DNA of 61,292 bases, the filler included. It is 8 parts of 8 records of this genome, joined end to end, with 100 filler letters (N's around TTAATTAATTAA, not from the genome) between each part and the next. Parts side by side here need not be neighbours in the genome. Positions count along the whole stretch, not along the records: positions 46,304 to 54,827 come from SRR7504441_702; positions 54,928 to 61,292 come from SRR7504441_705; 6 more parts are not named here. One strand, 5' to 3'. Each line of letters begins with the position of its first letter. Position 1 is the stretch's first letter. The notes beneath the pieces were generated by a model, which ran no database searches, had not been told where the DNA came from, and saw only the letters and a list, made by a program, of their open reading frames with translations. Below, one piece after another: positions 49,401 through 60,900 of this stretch. The position numbers and the translations under genes are program-made.

Positions 49401-50184
49401 TGACGCTTCCAGACTTCCCCAGTACGAGGAGCGCCCTGCTGACCTGGATGATTATAAGTCGTCTAAAGAGATTTGGATACAGATAACGGCATTGGAGAAA
49501 CGGATCGATGCGCAGAGGGATCGTGGGGTGGACACTCGTAAGATTGAATCAACTTACCGCTCAAAGAAGCAAGCGCTGGAGAGCATGGAGAGGAAACGAG
49601 ACAAGCAGGTGAGACTATTGGAAGGTTTCAAGGATGATCTGAAAAATAGGCAGAGAAAGCAGAAGGAATTCCGTAAACAGATCAAAGATTTACTGGAGAA
49701 GAAGTTTAGGAAGTACATGAAAAAGCGCAATCACAAAGGAAAAGTGCTCATTGACTTTAAAGAGGAAACACTTAAATTCGATGTGACGGTCGCTGGCAAC
49801 AAGGCCGTGGAGAACAAGGAGACTGAGAGTCAGCCATCGAAGAAGAAGCGCAAAATAGGTACAGATACAAAGACCCTCAGTGGAGGCGAGCGAGCCTTCA
49901 CCACCCTGGCATTCTTGCTTGCCCTTGGCGAGGCCATGGAGTGTCCAGTACGAGCTATGGATGAATTCGACTGTTTCATGGATGCTGCCAACAGAAACGT
50001 GTCTATCAGAGAACTTATTACCTTCGCAAAAATGCAAAGTAATAGGCAATTCCTGTTTCTTACTCCGCTGAGCATGACATCAGACATCAATGCTCTAGCT
50101 GGTGACCCAATGGTCCAAATTCTCTCACTCGGCGCCACTTCAAGCCGAGGTCGTGCGAGGAACACCACCCAGGACACTGGCTGA
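46497..50184 (+). CDS. SMC6: Structural maintenance of chromosomes protein 6
   Basis: LENF..H, Walker A GDNGSGKS, FNIQVENP..MTQ, hinge PVGPIG, LSGGERAFTT..AMDEFDCFMD. Eight 37-44 nt introns, all before 48012. Confidence 0.95.
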
Positions 50185-50576
50185 AGAGCAACGATGCAAG
50201 TTCCACATGGAATTTTGCTGCAGTTTCCGGCCATGACTGTATGCACAACTCGTACTAATTTTCGGCTCTAGAGCTCGTGCAGTCTCCCATGAGAGCAGCG
50301 TGCGTACATCAGGTTCATCATGAATCGATTAATGCTTTGGTTTTCATTTCTGGTTGGTTCGTTGTGCGAGTAACTATCCATTTACAATTCGTGTAAATCC
50401 GTGTACTCCGTAAAATGAAATAGGATAGATCTTTGTAAACGAGGTACCACAAGCTTACAATTTAATATAGATATCAATGATTTAATTTTTGGTCAGTACT
50501 CAGAAATGAATTAAGAAATGAATATATTTGCAGTGTATTATCAATTAATTATCAATGACTCAAATAGTTACTACAA

Positions 50577-52135
50577 TCATGTCGATGCGGCCATGCACTG
50601 AGTCTCGTAGGGCTCGACTTTGCCGGCGAACGTGACGTGTACCCGAGGATGAGCAAGACTAGCGCTCACTTCAGGCTTGCTCTCGCCTGCTTCGCTCAGC
50701 TGAGCTTCGGGCTGGTCTGAGGTCTCCGGTTCGGCGGCTCCCGGCTGCCCGAGGTTGGCTTGGTCAAGAGCGCTGCATGCTACAGCTTTGATCACCTGTC
50801 TGGCCCTCGGCTTGCCCAGCCAGCTGGGTCACCGGCAGCTCCTGCTCGCCGTTGACAGCCGTCGCTAGGGTGACTGAGCCGTTGGTTAGCTGGGCCAGCT
50901 GGGTCGGCTTGGTGCTCGGCTTGTTGTTGAGCCGGAGCCTCTTGGTGCCGGCCTTCTTCCAGTTGTGCATCGAGCCAAACTCCCATTGGAAGTCGAGCAG
51001 GTCAAGCCGCTCGATCTGCTCTTGGGTGATCTTGTACTTGCTCTCCCCGCGCCGCGACTTGCGCCGCTTGTACACCCACCGGCCGAGCTCCGGGTCGTCG
51101 TTGTACCGGCGGGGCACGTTGGCGTGTCCGTGCACCTGGTGGAACTTGGTTACTAACCCTAAAGTGTGCGTGCACCTGGTGGAACTCTGTCAGCCGTTGG
51201 TACATGGCCTCCCAGTGCTGCTGCTTCTGGCACGGGTCCCACTCGAACTGGAGCTCCTCGAGCATCCCCACCTAATCCGGCTCAAGATCCAGCCAGCCCG
51301 GCAGCGCACGTGCTCTGGAGTGATCTTATACGGCCCGGTGCCCCGCCTGGCTTGCCGCTGCGTCTGGACCCAGGTGCCGAGCCTCGGGTAGACCGTGTAC
51401 CGCCGGGGCACGTTGCAGTGCTGGTGCTTGGCGTGGAACTCGCGCAGCAGCTCTGCCCACCGGCTCCGGTGGGAGGGCTGGGCTAAGCCACCGAACATGT
51501 CGTTCCAAGTCGGCTCGAGCTCGTTGGGCGACCAGACGAATCCGAGCGAGTCGAGCTTGTCGACGTGCTCCTGGCTGATCTTGTTTTTGCCCCTGCCCGC
51601 CCGCTCCGCCCGGCCCGCCCGGCCCGCCACCGGCCTCGTCGCGCCTGTCGCTGTGTGTGCACCTGCCGCCTCTGAGCAGGCCGGCGGGTCTGGACCCACC
51701 CAGATCCCGAGCGCCGAATCCGACCGATAGCGCTGGGTGACGTTGCAGTGCTTGTGCTTGTCCTGGAAGGCGATCAGCCGCTCGAACATCTCGTCCCAGC
51801 TCGCCTGCCCCCGGCTCCCCCCGGCCCGGCGGCCGGCCCACCTTGCCGGCCCTCTCGAGCTCGCCCCCGTGCCGCCGGGCCACCGCGAGCAGGGCCAGCC
51901 CGCCCTCTTGGTCGTCCGACTCCGGGTCCGATCCGTCCGACCGGCCCGGCTCGTCCAGCTGCATCGAGAGCAGCGCCCCGGCCGACTGCTCCTCCTGCTG
52001 CTCCAGCTTGCGCTTCCGGGGCGAGCCGGGCGAGTCGACGGTCGGGGCCACCTGCGCGAAGTGCGCGAGCAAGTCCGGCACCGCTATCTTCTCCTCCGTC
52101 ATAGGCTCTCCTGCCAGGCTCCCGCCGTCCTCCAT
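50577..52135 (-). CDS. Helicase-associated (HA) repeat protein, three HA domains
   Basis: Three W..M+..L..F...H.H.NV...Y.....LG.WV...R...I....++.L..L.F.W units; several short introns; exact 3' end uncertain. Confidence 0.8.
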
Positions 52136-52213
52136 GTGGGGCCCCTGGAGCAATTCTGCAAACCTCTCGGGTCCCTCAATCCCAACGACCTTCCGTTGAA
52201 ATCGGGCACCGAA

Positions 52214-54801
52214 ATGCTTGAGCCGGAGGAGGTCGACGACGATCCGCTAGGCGCGCCGCTTTGCAGTGGCGACGCGTGTGAGCCGGAGCAGCCCCGGGAG
52301 GATCCGGGGCGCCGGCGCAACGCGAGCCTGTGGAGCGATCTGGGCGGGACCGACCTGGTCACGGCCAGCAACCAGACCAGCGCCCCGCTGCCCCCAGCCC
52401 CGCTGCCCCCGGCCCCGGCCCCGGCCCCAGTCTCGGCCCCAGTCTCAGCCCCGGCCCCGGCCCCAGTCCCGGCCCCGCTGCCGCCCGAGCCGGACGAGTC
52501 GCTCAAGTTCCTGCTGGCCGGCGAGCGGCCGATGTACGGGTGCCCAGTCGCCGGGGGCCGGCCGAGCCGGGGACAGCGGCCCATGCAGCCGGCACCTGCG
52601 GCGGCGGCTGCTGCGCGGGCAGCTGTGGGTGACCAACTTCCGGCTGCTCTGGCGGCCGGTCGAAGAGGCGCGCAGCCTGGGAATCTCGGTCCCGCTGCTG
52701 GCGGTGCACCGGCTGGCGATGCTCGGGCCCGCCCCGCAGGCCGAGCAGGACGAGATGGTGGTGGCTGTCTACACCAAATACAACGCTCGGTGCCGCGCCC
52801 GGCGGCCGGCTCACCGGGGGGCAGCAAATCGGTCCAGCTGGAGCTGACGGAGAGCGTGATCGAGCTGATTCAGAGCTGGTGCCTGCTGGGGCCTGGGCCG
52901 GCCGAGCCCCGGCAGCACCCAGCTGGGGCACCCGCACCAGTTCCTGTTTGAGCACTTTGCGAGCACCCCAGTCCGAGCCGTTTGCCACTGTTGGCTGACC
53001 GGCCCCCGCAGGTGGAGCAGCTGGTGCAGCAGGGGCACGATGGGTGGCAGACCGGCAGCCCGCTCGACGACTTCCGGCGGTGCGGGCTGGCTGCTCCCCT
53101 GGGGCGAGAGGGTGCGCAGGCAAGGGGTGGCCAACCTGAACTCGGTCTGGAGATTGTCCGAAGCGAACAAGGAGTACCAGATATGCGCGAGCTACCCTGA
53201 GGCGATCTTCGTGCCCAAGGCGATCTCGGACGAGCAGCTGCGCGAGGTGGCCGGCTTCCGCTCGTCCGGCCGGCTGCCCTGCCTGTGCTGGAAGAATAAG
53301 CACGGATTCGCCACCATCTCCCGCTGCTCGCAGCCGATGATCGGAGCGTTCCAGAAGGCACTCTCGCGGGCCGGTAGGCTGACTGTGTGGCAGGCGTGCG
53401 AGGCAGACCAGCAGCTGCTCCGGGAGATCGGCCGGACCAACGTGCTGCTCGGGCTGTGCTTTAAACATCTGGGCCAGGTGATCAACGAGGTCCTGCAGAT
53501 CTTTGACTGCCGGCCCAAAGTGAATGCGCGCGCCAACATGATGGCCGGCAAGGGATACGAGCGCGGGGAGCACTACAGGTGCAGCCCGGCCTGGCGCGCT
53601 CAGACGGGCCCAGCCACATCAACATCGAGTTCCTGGACATAGAGAACATCCACGTGATGCGCGACTCGCTCGCCAAGCTGCTCCAGGTGCTGGGAGCCAC
53701 AGGGGCAGCTTGAGTGCGGGCAGGTGCTCGAGGCAGACTTCTCCGAGCTGCACTGCAAGAAGAGCTTTCTGCAGGCCGTCGACGAATCCGGCTGGATGAA
53801 TCACGTCAAGGCGGTGCTCGCGGGCGCGGCTCGCGTGTGCGCGCTGGTGACGGACCCAGACGACCAGAGGCAGCTCGGGCCGGCGGCTGGGCCGAGTGCG
53901 GGGCAGGTCGGTGCTGGTGCACTGCTCGGACGGCTGGGACCGTACCCCGCAGGCGCAGCCAGTCGGGTCCCCGGGGCAGCTGAGTGGGTGTGCAGCTCAC
54001 CTCTCTGGCGATGCTGATGGCCGACTCGCACTACCGGACAATCGACGGATTCATCCAGCTGTTCGAGTACCAGTGGGTCGGGTTTGGGCACCAATTCCCG
54101 ACTCGGATCGGCAACTCGTGCCTGCACAGGTCGCGCCCAGTGCCGGTGCAGGCTGACTGGGCGCGGCAGTCAGGAGTTTGGGATCAAGTTTAAGCCGGAC
54201 CAGGTCTGCCAGTTGCTGCTTCAGGGTTAGAAATAGGATCAGGTCTCGCCGGTCTTCGTCCAGTACATCGAGTGCGTCTGGCAGCTGATGATGCAGGCGT
54301 GCCCCCATCCATCCAAGACTGACCGATCGCAGAACCACGGCGCGTTTGAGTTCAACACGCTGTTGCTGCTGCTGATCCTCGAGCGGCTCACCAGCGGACA
54401 GTACGGCTCGTTCATGTTTGGGAGCGAGCAACAGCAGCACAAGGCCCGGCCGGAGGGAGGCTGCCGTGCTCAGGGCTGGGCAGGTACAGGCTCACTCGAG
54501 TTGTCACTCGGCCTGGACAGACGTGCTCCAGGATAGAGCCAAATTCACCAACCGGCTCTACAATCCAGCTGCTTCGGGCCGGCTGGAGCCGAATCTGTCG
54601 CGACTCAAAATTTTCGAGGTGTATTACCTCCGGGGTTCTCAATTGTACGAACCAAACAATAGCTTCATGGCGCTCGAAACAGCGCTAGGTGAAGCGCGCA
54701 CAGCGCAAGCGACAATCGAACAAGAAGCTGAACAGGCTCCGTTTGCATTGCCTGCTGTACCTGCGGCTTGCAAACCAAAGAAAACGCAAATCGGATTGTA
54801 G
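52214..54801 (+). CDS. Myotubularin-related phosphoinositide phosphatase (active, with GRAM domain)
   Basis: [70 protein letters not shown]. About 15 introns of 35-43 nt. Confidence 0.93.
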
Positions 54802-54927
54802 ATGCCTAGTAATATTCAATAAAGCTCNNNNNNNNNNNNNNNNNNNNNNNNNNNNNNNNNNNNNNNNNNNNTTAATTAATTAANNNNNNNNNNNNNNNNN
54901 NNNNNNNNNNNNNNNNNNNNNNNNNNN

Positions 54928-57900
54928 CTCGTCAGCGGGCCACCGGAGCAGATACGTGCACGAGTTGCAGCTTCAAAGGATCCTAACATGTTCAAGACTT
55001 TGATGAGTGTGGACAAGCTACTACGCTCTCGGCCAAGCAACTTTGGGGATTGCGTGGTCTTTGCCAGACGGAAGTTTGACAAGTGGTTTACAGCTCGAGT
55101 TGCAAAGCTGCTTGTCGCTCATCCAGCGGACGAGCTCGAGACCTACAAGACTAGCGATGGTACACTTGCCAAGAGGCCGTTCTGGTCTTTACCTCGGCGA
55201 CTCCCATGCCCCACTGACTTTGATCCAGCGAATTCAGCACACGTCGACTTTTGCGAGGCGCTTGCGATGCTTCATGCTCGCTTCTGGAAGCTCAGCGACC
55301 CAATTATGGACAAATCGTCCGAACGGCGACAGTGTGTGAGTGCCGTCGCGGCTGGATGCGAATCAGTGGTCCCTCAAGATGTGGTTGTCACGAGCGAAGA
55401 GGCAAAGAAATACCAAGACGGAGTCTCGGCTGCAGACTTGAAAAAGGCTGAGGAGGCTAAATTGGACGTTGGGCAATTTGATGGGCTTGCTGATCGAGTA
55501 TGTACCGCTCTTGAGGAGGCACAAGCGGCGGGCCAGCCGCTCGATTTGTTCGAGGACGAATTCGAAAAGGACGATGATGCAAACTTCCACATCGCGTTCA
55601 TCACCGCGGCTTCAAACCTGAGAGCCGTGGGTTATGGTATTCCAGCTGAATCCTTCTTCAAAACGAAGCTTGTAGCTGGCAAGATTATACCTGCAATTGC
55701 AACCACTACATCCATAGTGAGTGCTCTTGTCTGCATCGAGCTGTTGAAGATAGTCCAGAAGGCACCAAAGAGCAGCCTGAAGAATGCATTTGTCAACCTT
55801 GCCTTGCCCCTAGTTTGCCTGACTGAGCCAATGCCTCCGGTCCAAAAGCAGCTTATCAGCGCCATTGATGATAGTTTGCTTGACTCAAAACTGACCTTCA
55901 CTGCGTGGGACGTATGGCATGTGCCTCTGGGTCGCACTGTGACCCTTGGGCGGCTGTTGGAATACTTCAAGTCGCATTATGGCCTCATCCTCTGGTCGGT
56001 ATTCTATGCTGGGGTTCAAATCGTGGACGGTGCAGGGCGCCTTCAGATGGCTAGTACCACTGGTGCGGCGCTCAAGGTTGCAGAGCAGGAGCTGATGCCA
56101 CTGCTTAAGAGACCGCTGATCGAACTGATTGAGCATGGATGCGCTGTGACGCTGGATGAGGTCGACTCAGTCGATCTGAACGTGAGTTTCAGGGCTCCAA
56201 TCAGCCCAGATGGCATACCTGTCAAAGAGGTGCCCAAGGTGCGACTGGGCTTGTCAGGTGAAGACGTCGTGGTCGGACTCACCGAACGCTGTGCGGAACT
56301 GGAAGCACAGCTTGCAGCAATGGCTTTGGCCGGTTGCGCCGTGCAGCGAGACACTGACGGATTGAAGCTCCGGGTAGATCCGTGCCAGGCCGAGAGCATC
56401 GCAGTGTACTGCCTTGCAAATGAGACTGCCCTGTGTGACATCGCCATGGTCAAACCCGAAGGCAACGAACCAGTCATTGAGCTGAAGGATGGCGAGGTGA
56501 CACTTTCGCATCCAATGGCGATATTGCAGCACTGTGCGCATTTGAGCACCTCGTCGTGGTACCCCATGCCGGGGACTATAGAACGTGCAAGGTGCGATGA
56601 AGCCTTGTGGTGGGCCTGGACCACGCTATATCCGATCATTGTGCCTTTATTGAAGACACGGCCTCCAGAGCCTGATGTGCTTTGTCCCTCGTTCTTTGTG
56701 ACAGGGGCTGGGGTCGAAAAGGCGAGCCCACCTGCGCTCGCTGTGAAGCTGAGAATTTTCTCAGGTTAATGGCACCTATGTACAGTCCAACGAGCTAAAG
56801 GATGGGGTACCCTACTATAAAAACACTAGCAACACTGCCATCATGACCAGGTACAAGATGAACAGCGGGACACGGTGCGCATTTTGAAATCATCCCAGCT
56901 CATTGTGGGGCAAGGTATTGGTACCTGACTGAGTCGACTCTGTTGCACAAGAAGGAGGGAGACTACTATCGGATCAAATCGAGCGCTGATACACCGCCTT
57001 GCAATGATGAGCAATGGTGTCTGGAGGACTGTCCTGATGCGAAACTGCCGGCGCCTGTTGTTTTGAGGTGATTAGCAGTTCCTTTGTTTATTCTTAGTGT
57101 GCTAATATTCTTGGAATATGAGACTCTAGACCTATGTTGACCCTTGACCACAGCTCGAGTCCACAAATCTGGAAGGTCCAGTTTCCCCAGGGAGTCAATG
57201 TTCGGCAAAGTCCATCTTTGAAGGCAAAGAAGGCTGGACCAAAGCTCGCTTGCAATCAATACGTGATGCTCACTGAGGTGCGGTCCGAGAACAAGGAATG
57301 GGCTCTCCTTGACCGCGAGTTCATGGACAAGGTTGGGGATAGGCTGGGCTGGACCCCGTTTGCGAAAGAGTGTGAGCTGTGGCTTCGTCTGAAGTCGCCA
57401 GAGAAAGACTTTGTGATGCCTGGTGACGATGGGCCTGCAATGGCTGATCTTGGTGAGGAGCCTGACCTTCCAGAACTGGAACCCTCGGTTGTTATACAGT
57501 TTCAGGAGAAGATCATACCCGAGCTCAAGTCTCGACTCGAGAAACAGAAGGGCGGGCTGATACTTGGTAGGCAACCGTGTATAGCAGACCTGGCAATTGG
57601 GCTGCCTTTGGCTCTGTGCTGCTTACAGAGACCGCGAAGCGCAGTCTGGACAGCTGATATGGTGCAATACTGCCGTCGACTGCGTCGAAGGCTTCCCCAG
57701 TGGCCGAAATATATGAATGCAATTGAAGTCGAGTATGGTGGCTTCAACTTGTCGCTGCAGTACATGAGTGACACTGGTTCGTTGTGGCTTCCCAATTACG
57801 CGTCCCTTGGCCACCTCAGGGTGGCTCTTAGATCGAAATTCTCCTTGCGTGATACCGCGATGCTGCTCAAAGTCGGTGGAGGCACTGCCCTTGACGGCGA

Positions 57901-60900
57901 GTCGTTCCAAATCACTGAAGTGGGTCCAGACCAGGCAGATCAAACGAGCCTTGTGGAACTCGGCGTTTCCAACCGTGATGGTGTACGTGTTCTCATTGCG
58001 CCTATTGAAGGCGCCGTGTCTGAGGACTATGAGGGCGATGCTCCCGTACTTGGACGGGCAATGAGCCACATGGCAGACGATACCCCAGAAAGCGCCTTGC
58101 AGCGCACCTACACGCAGCACATGATGGAAGAGGTTCCGCAAATAGTCAAGATCGACATGGACCAGGCTGGACATGTCTTCTATCCATTCAGGGATGACGA
58201 ACCTCGAAATGATGCGCGAATAGAGCAGGACATCAGCTACTTGGTCAAGGGACTACCCAAAACTGGGCTCTCTGGTGGCGCTATGTTTGTTGCTCGTGAC
58301 TTGCACCGCCAGCACTATGTTAAGGCGATGCTCATTGGCCCTTCAGACACACCCTATGAAAACGGCTGTTTCGAGTTCGACATCTGTATGCCACCAGAAT
58401 ATCCCGACGTGCCTCCCAAGGTCCAGCTCGTCACCACAGGACGTGGCGCCGTTCGCTTCAATGCTAACATGTACGGACCAAGGGCTGGCTGGAAGAGGCT
58501 AATGAAGTTTATGTCAGGTATCCCAATGGCAAAGTTTGCTTATCCCTACTTGGTACCCACTACAATGGGGCACCGTGGGACAAAGAAAATTCGACACTGC
58601 TCCAAGTGATCCAGTCAATCGCATGGTGCATCATGATAGGCAACGAGGTTCCTGGGAAGCCTTGGTTCAACGAGCCTGGTGTCCCAAGCCTGGGTTTCAC
58701 CCGTCGCTGACCGAATGACAGGCTATGCCGACGATTATGAGCATTCACACCAGCTTAGCTCGCTTGCAGAGGCCCTGAGCAATTGCTATGATCGTGAAAT
58801 TAGGCGATGCAACATCAAGATCTGTATGATTGACATGATCCGGAAGCCGCCCCTTGGATTTGAGCTGGCTGTAAGCGAGCACTTCAGCAAGAAAGGCGAC
58901 CAGATCATTGATCTAGTGAAGAAGTGGGAACAAGAGGAGATGCAATCAGAAGAGGAAATGGTCGTGCAGCTTGAGGACCAGATGAACTCGGCCACCTCGA
59001 GTCAAGAAATGGAAACGGTTCGTTCCAGGCTGGATGCACACTTGTCCCAACTACTCGAAAAAGCCCAATGCAAGATTGCCGAGCGAGACATGGCAAGGGC
59101 TCAAGAACAGGAGGAGCAGTTTATGATGTCACGGCAGGTATCTTTCTATCTAGGGGCAGGCTCTTCTGCAAACCTAGAAGGTGCTGCACCTGTCGATGAA
59201 GACGATCCAATCTCCGCTGGTGCGAAACCAGTGCCTAGCTGGCGAGAGCACTACTGGACTGAGGGCGAAAAAATGGAGCTCGACATTCGACATTATGATC
59301 AGTACTCACCTGGCGGTTTGTTTGCCATAGCAAAGTCCAAATCCTCGATGGTTAAGGAGCTTCTCGATTTCCCCAAATCCGGCATGGCAATCTGCCAGAT
59401 AAATGGTGAGTGGACCATCCACATCGAGGAAATAAACCAGGTCCGCGAGTTGGCCCGCACCACGCAGCGGCCTCTCACCCTTGCTTTTTGCAATATTGAA
59501 GAAGTATCAGCAATCAATGATCTGCCAGAGGTCAAGGAGAAGGTAGCTATTGAGGAGTCACTCACTCAAGTAAGGCAGCTCGAAAGCCTCAAGAGGAAGC
59601 TTTCGCAGCGCATCGAAGCAGCACTAGAGGCCGAAGCAAAAACAGACGAGGAAGAATTGAATCATCTTCGCCAGCGCGTCAAAGGTCTGCGGGCTATTTG
59701 TGAGAAATATGGAGTGGACCACAGAGCAGTATTCGATGAACTTGTGAGGGCTGCGTCGGACAAGGATGATGCGACTGCTGTGACAGCAGGAGACCGCCAC
59801 CAATGGGATGTCAAGCGACAAGAAATGTTGGCCGCTTTGAAGCAGATGGATTTGTACCCTACAGTTGTGCTTGAAGCTGTGCTCGATGGGCTGGGAGTGG
59901 CCAGTAACGACCTCGACTCGGTGCTGGCTGTGATCACAGATTCGTCGTTTGCACCACATGACTGGTTGGCTAGACGCGCTGAGCAGGAGCATCTGCAGGC
60001 CCTCCCAGCCTCGCTGGTAGTCGAAGAGTGGCGGTGTGCCGACGGTGCCATTCTCCCGCTCGAGAGCTGGTCAATTTACCCCGATGGCCATTCGGTCCTT
60101 CGTCATGCAACCAAGGAGGAAATCGTCGAGCGGGTGAGTTGACTGTGTGGCTCTGTGCTGAGATGTGGCTGGTTAGATTCGGCTCAAGTGGAGTCCCTTA
60201 GAAGATGCCATTTGCTCTGTGAAGCAGCTGTTGGCAGTTCTGGCTGCGCCATGCACCCAGTGGGAATATGCTAGCTTCAGCAGCTCGTATTGGCAGCGGT
60301 TTCCGGAGAAAACATGCGCTGAGCTTGAGGCTGCTACCTTGTTTGGAAAGACAAATGTGCGAGTCACCACACAGGACGGAAATCAATACTATGCCGATCT
60401 GGATCAAATGAGAATGAATAACCTCAATCCTGGCATGGGCCACCAATCAAGCAACCAGCAGTGGTAACCAAATCGCCAACTCCGCGGGCCGATGGCTCAG
60501 TGTGCTGGCTGCAGGTACATTCGCAACCGTGATCTCTCTGCCAAGCTGTCGTCTCTTATTGTGCGGGCTGGCCTCCACATCGAGTCACTCCAGGGTTTGT
60601 TGAATGAGCTTCAGGCAGCACTTTCAAAACACAAAAAATACGCTGACAGGTTATAGCACATTTCTGCTAGGACGCAAGCCCTCTGACAGTGAGCGCAGGA
60701 GCGTGGTTCGAGATATTGATCAGAGTGCCAACTATGACGAGACTGCGTTGGCGATGACCAAGACTGCTCAAGAGGACTTCTCCATTCTTCAAGTTGAGGC
60801 TGAACTAAAGGATCCCAATGTCAAAACAGCCAATGAGTGGCTGGCTGGACTCCCGAAGGCTCCGTTCGTGGGAAACAAGACTCAAGTGTGCATGGAAGGT

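Noticed and set aside
52381-52490. GC-rich tandem repeats
   Set aside because: They encode a Pro/Ala linker of myotubularin.
6502-54927. Repeated TTAATTAATTAA within N runs as a biological repeat
   Set aside because: Identical 100-nt artificial linkers; gene neighbourhoods across them mean nothing.
7100-60660. Stop-codon reassignment or frameshifting to explain fragmented ORFs
   Set aside because: The internal stops and frame changes I traced fall inside short GT/GC-AG introns; the standard code suffices.
929-60698. Introner (transposon-derived) intron family
   Set aside because: The introns share length but no common sequence or terminal inverted repeats that I can see; a genome-wide all-vs-all comparison would be needed.
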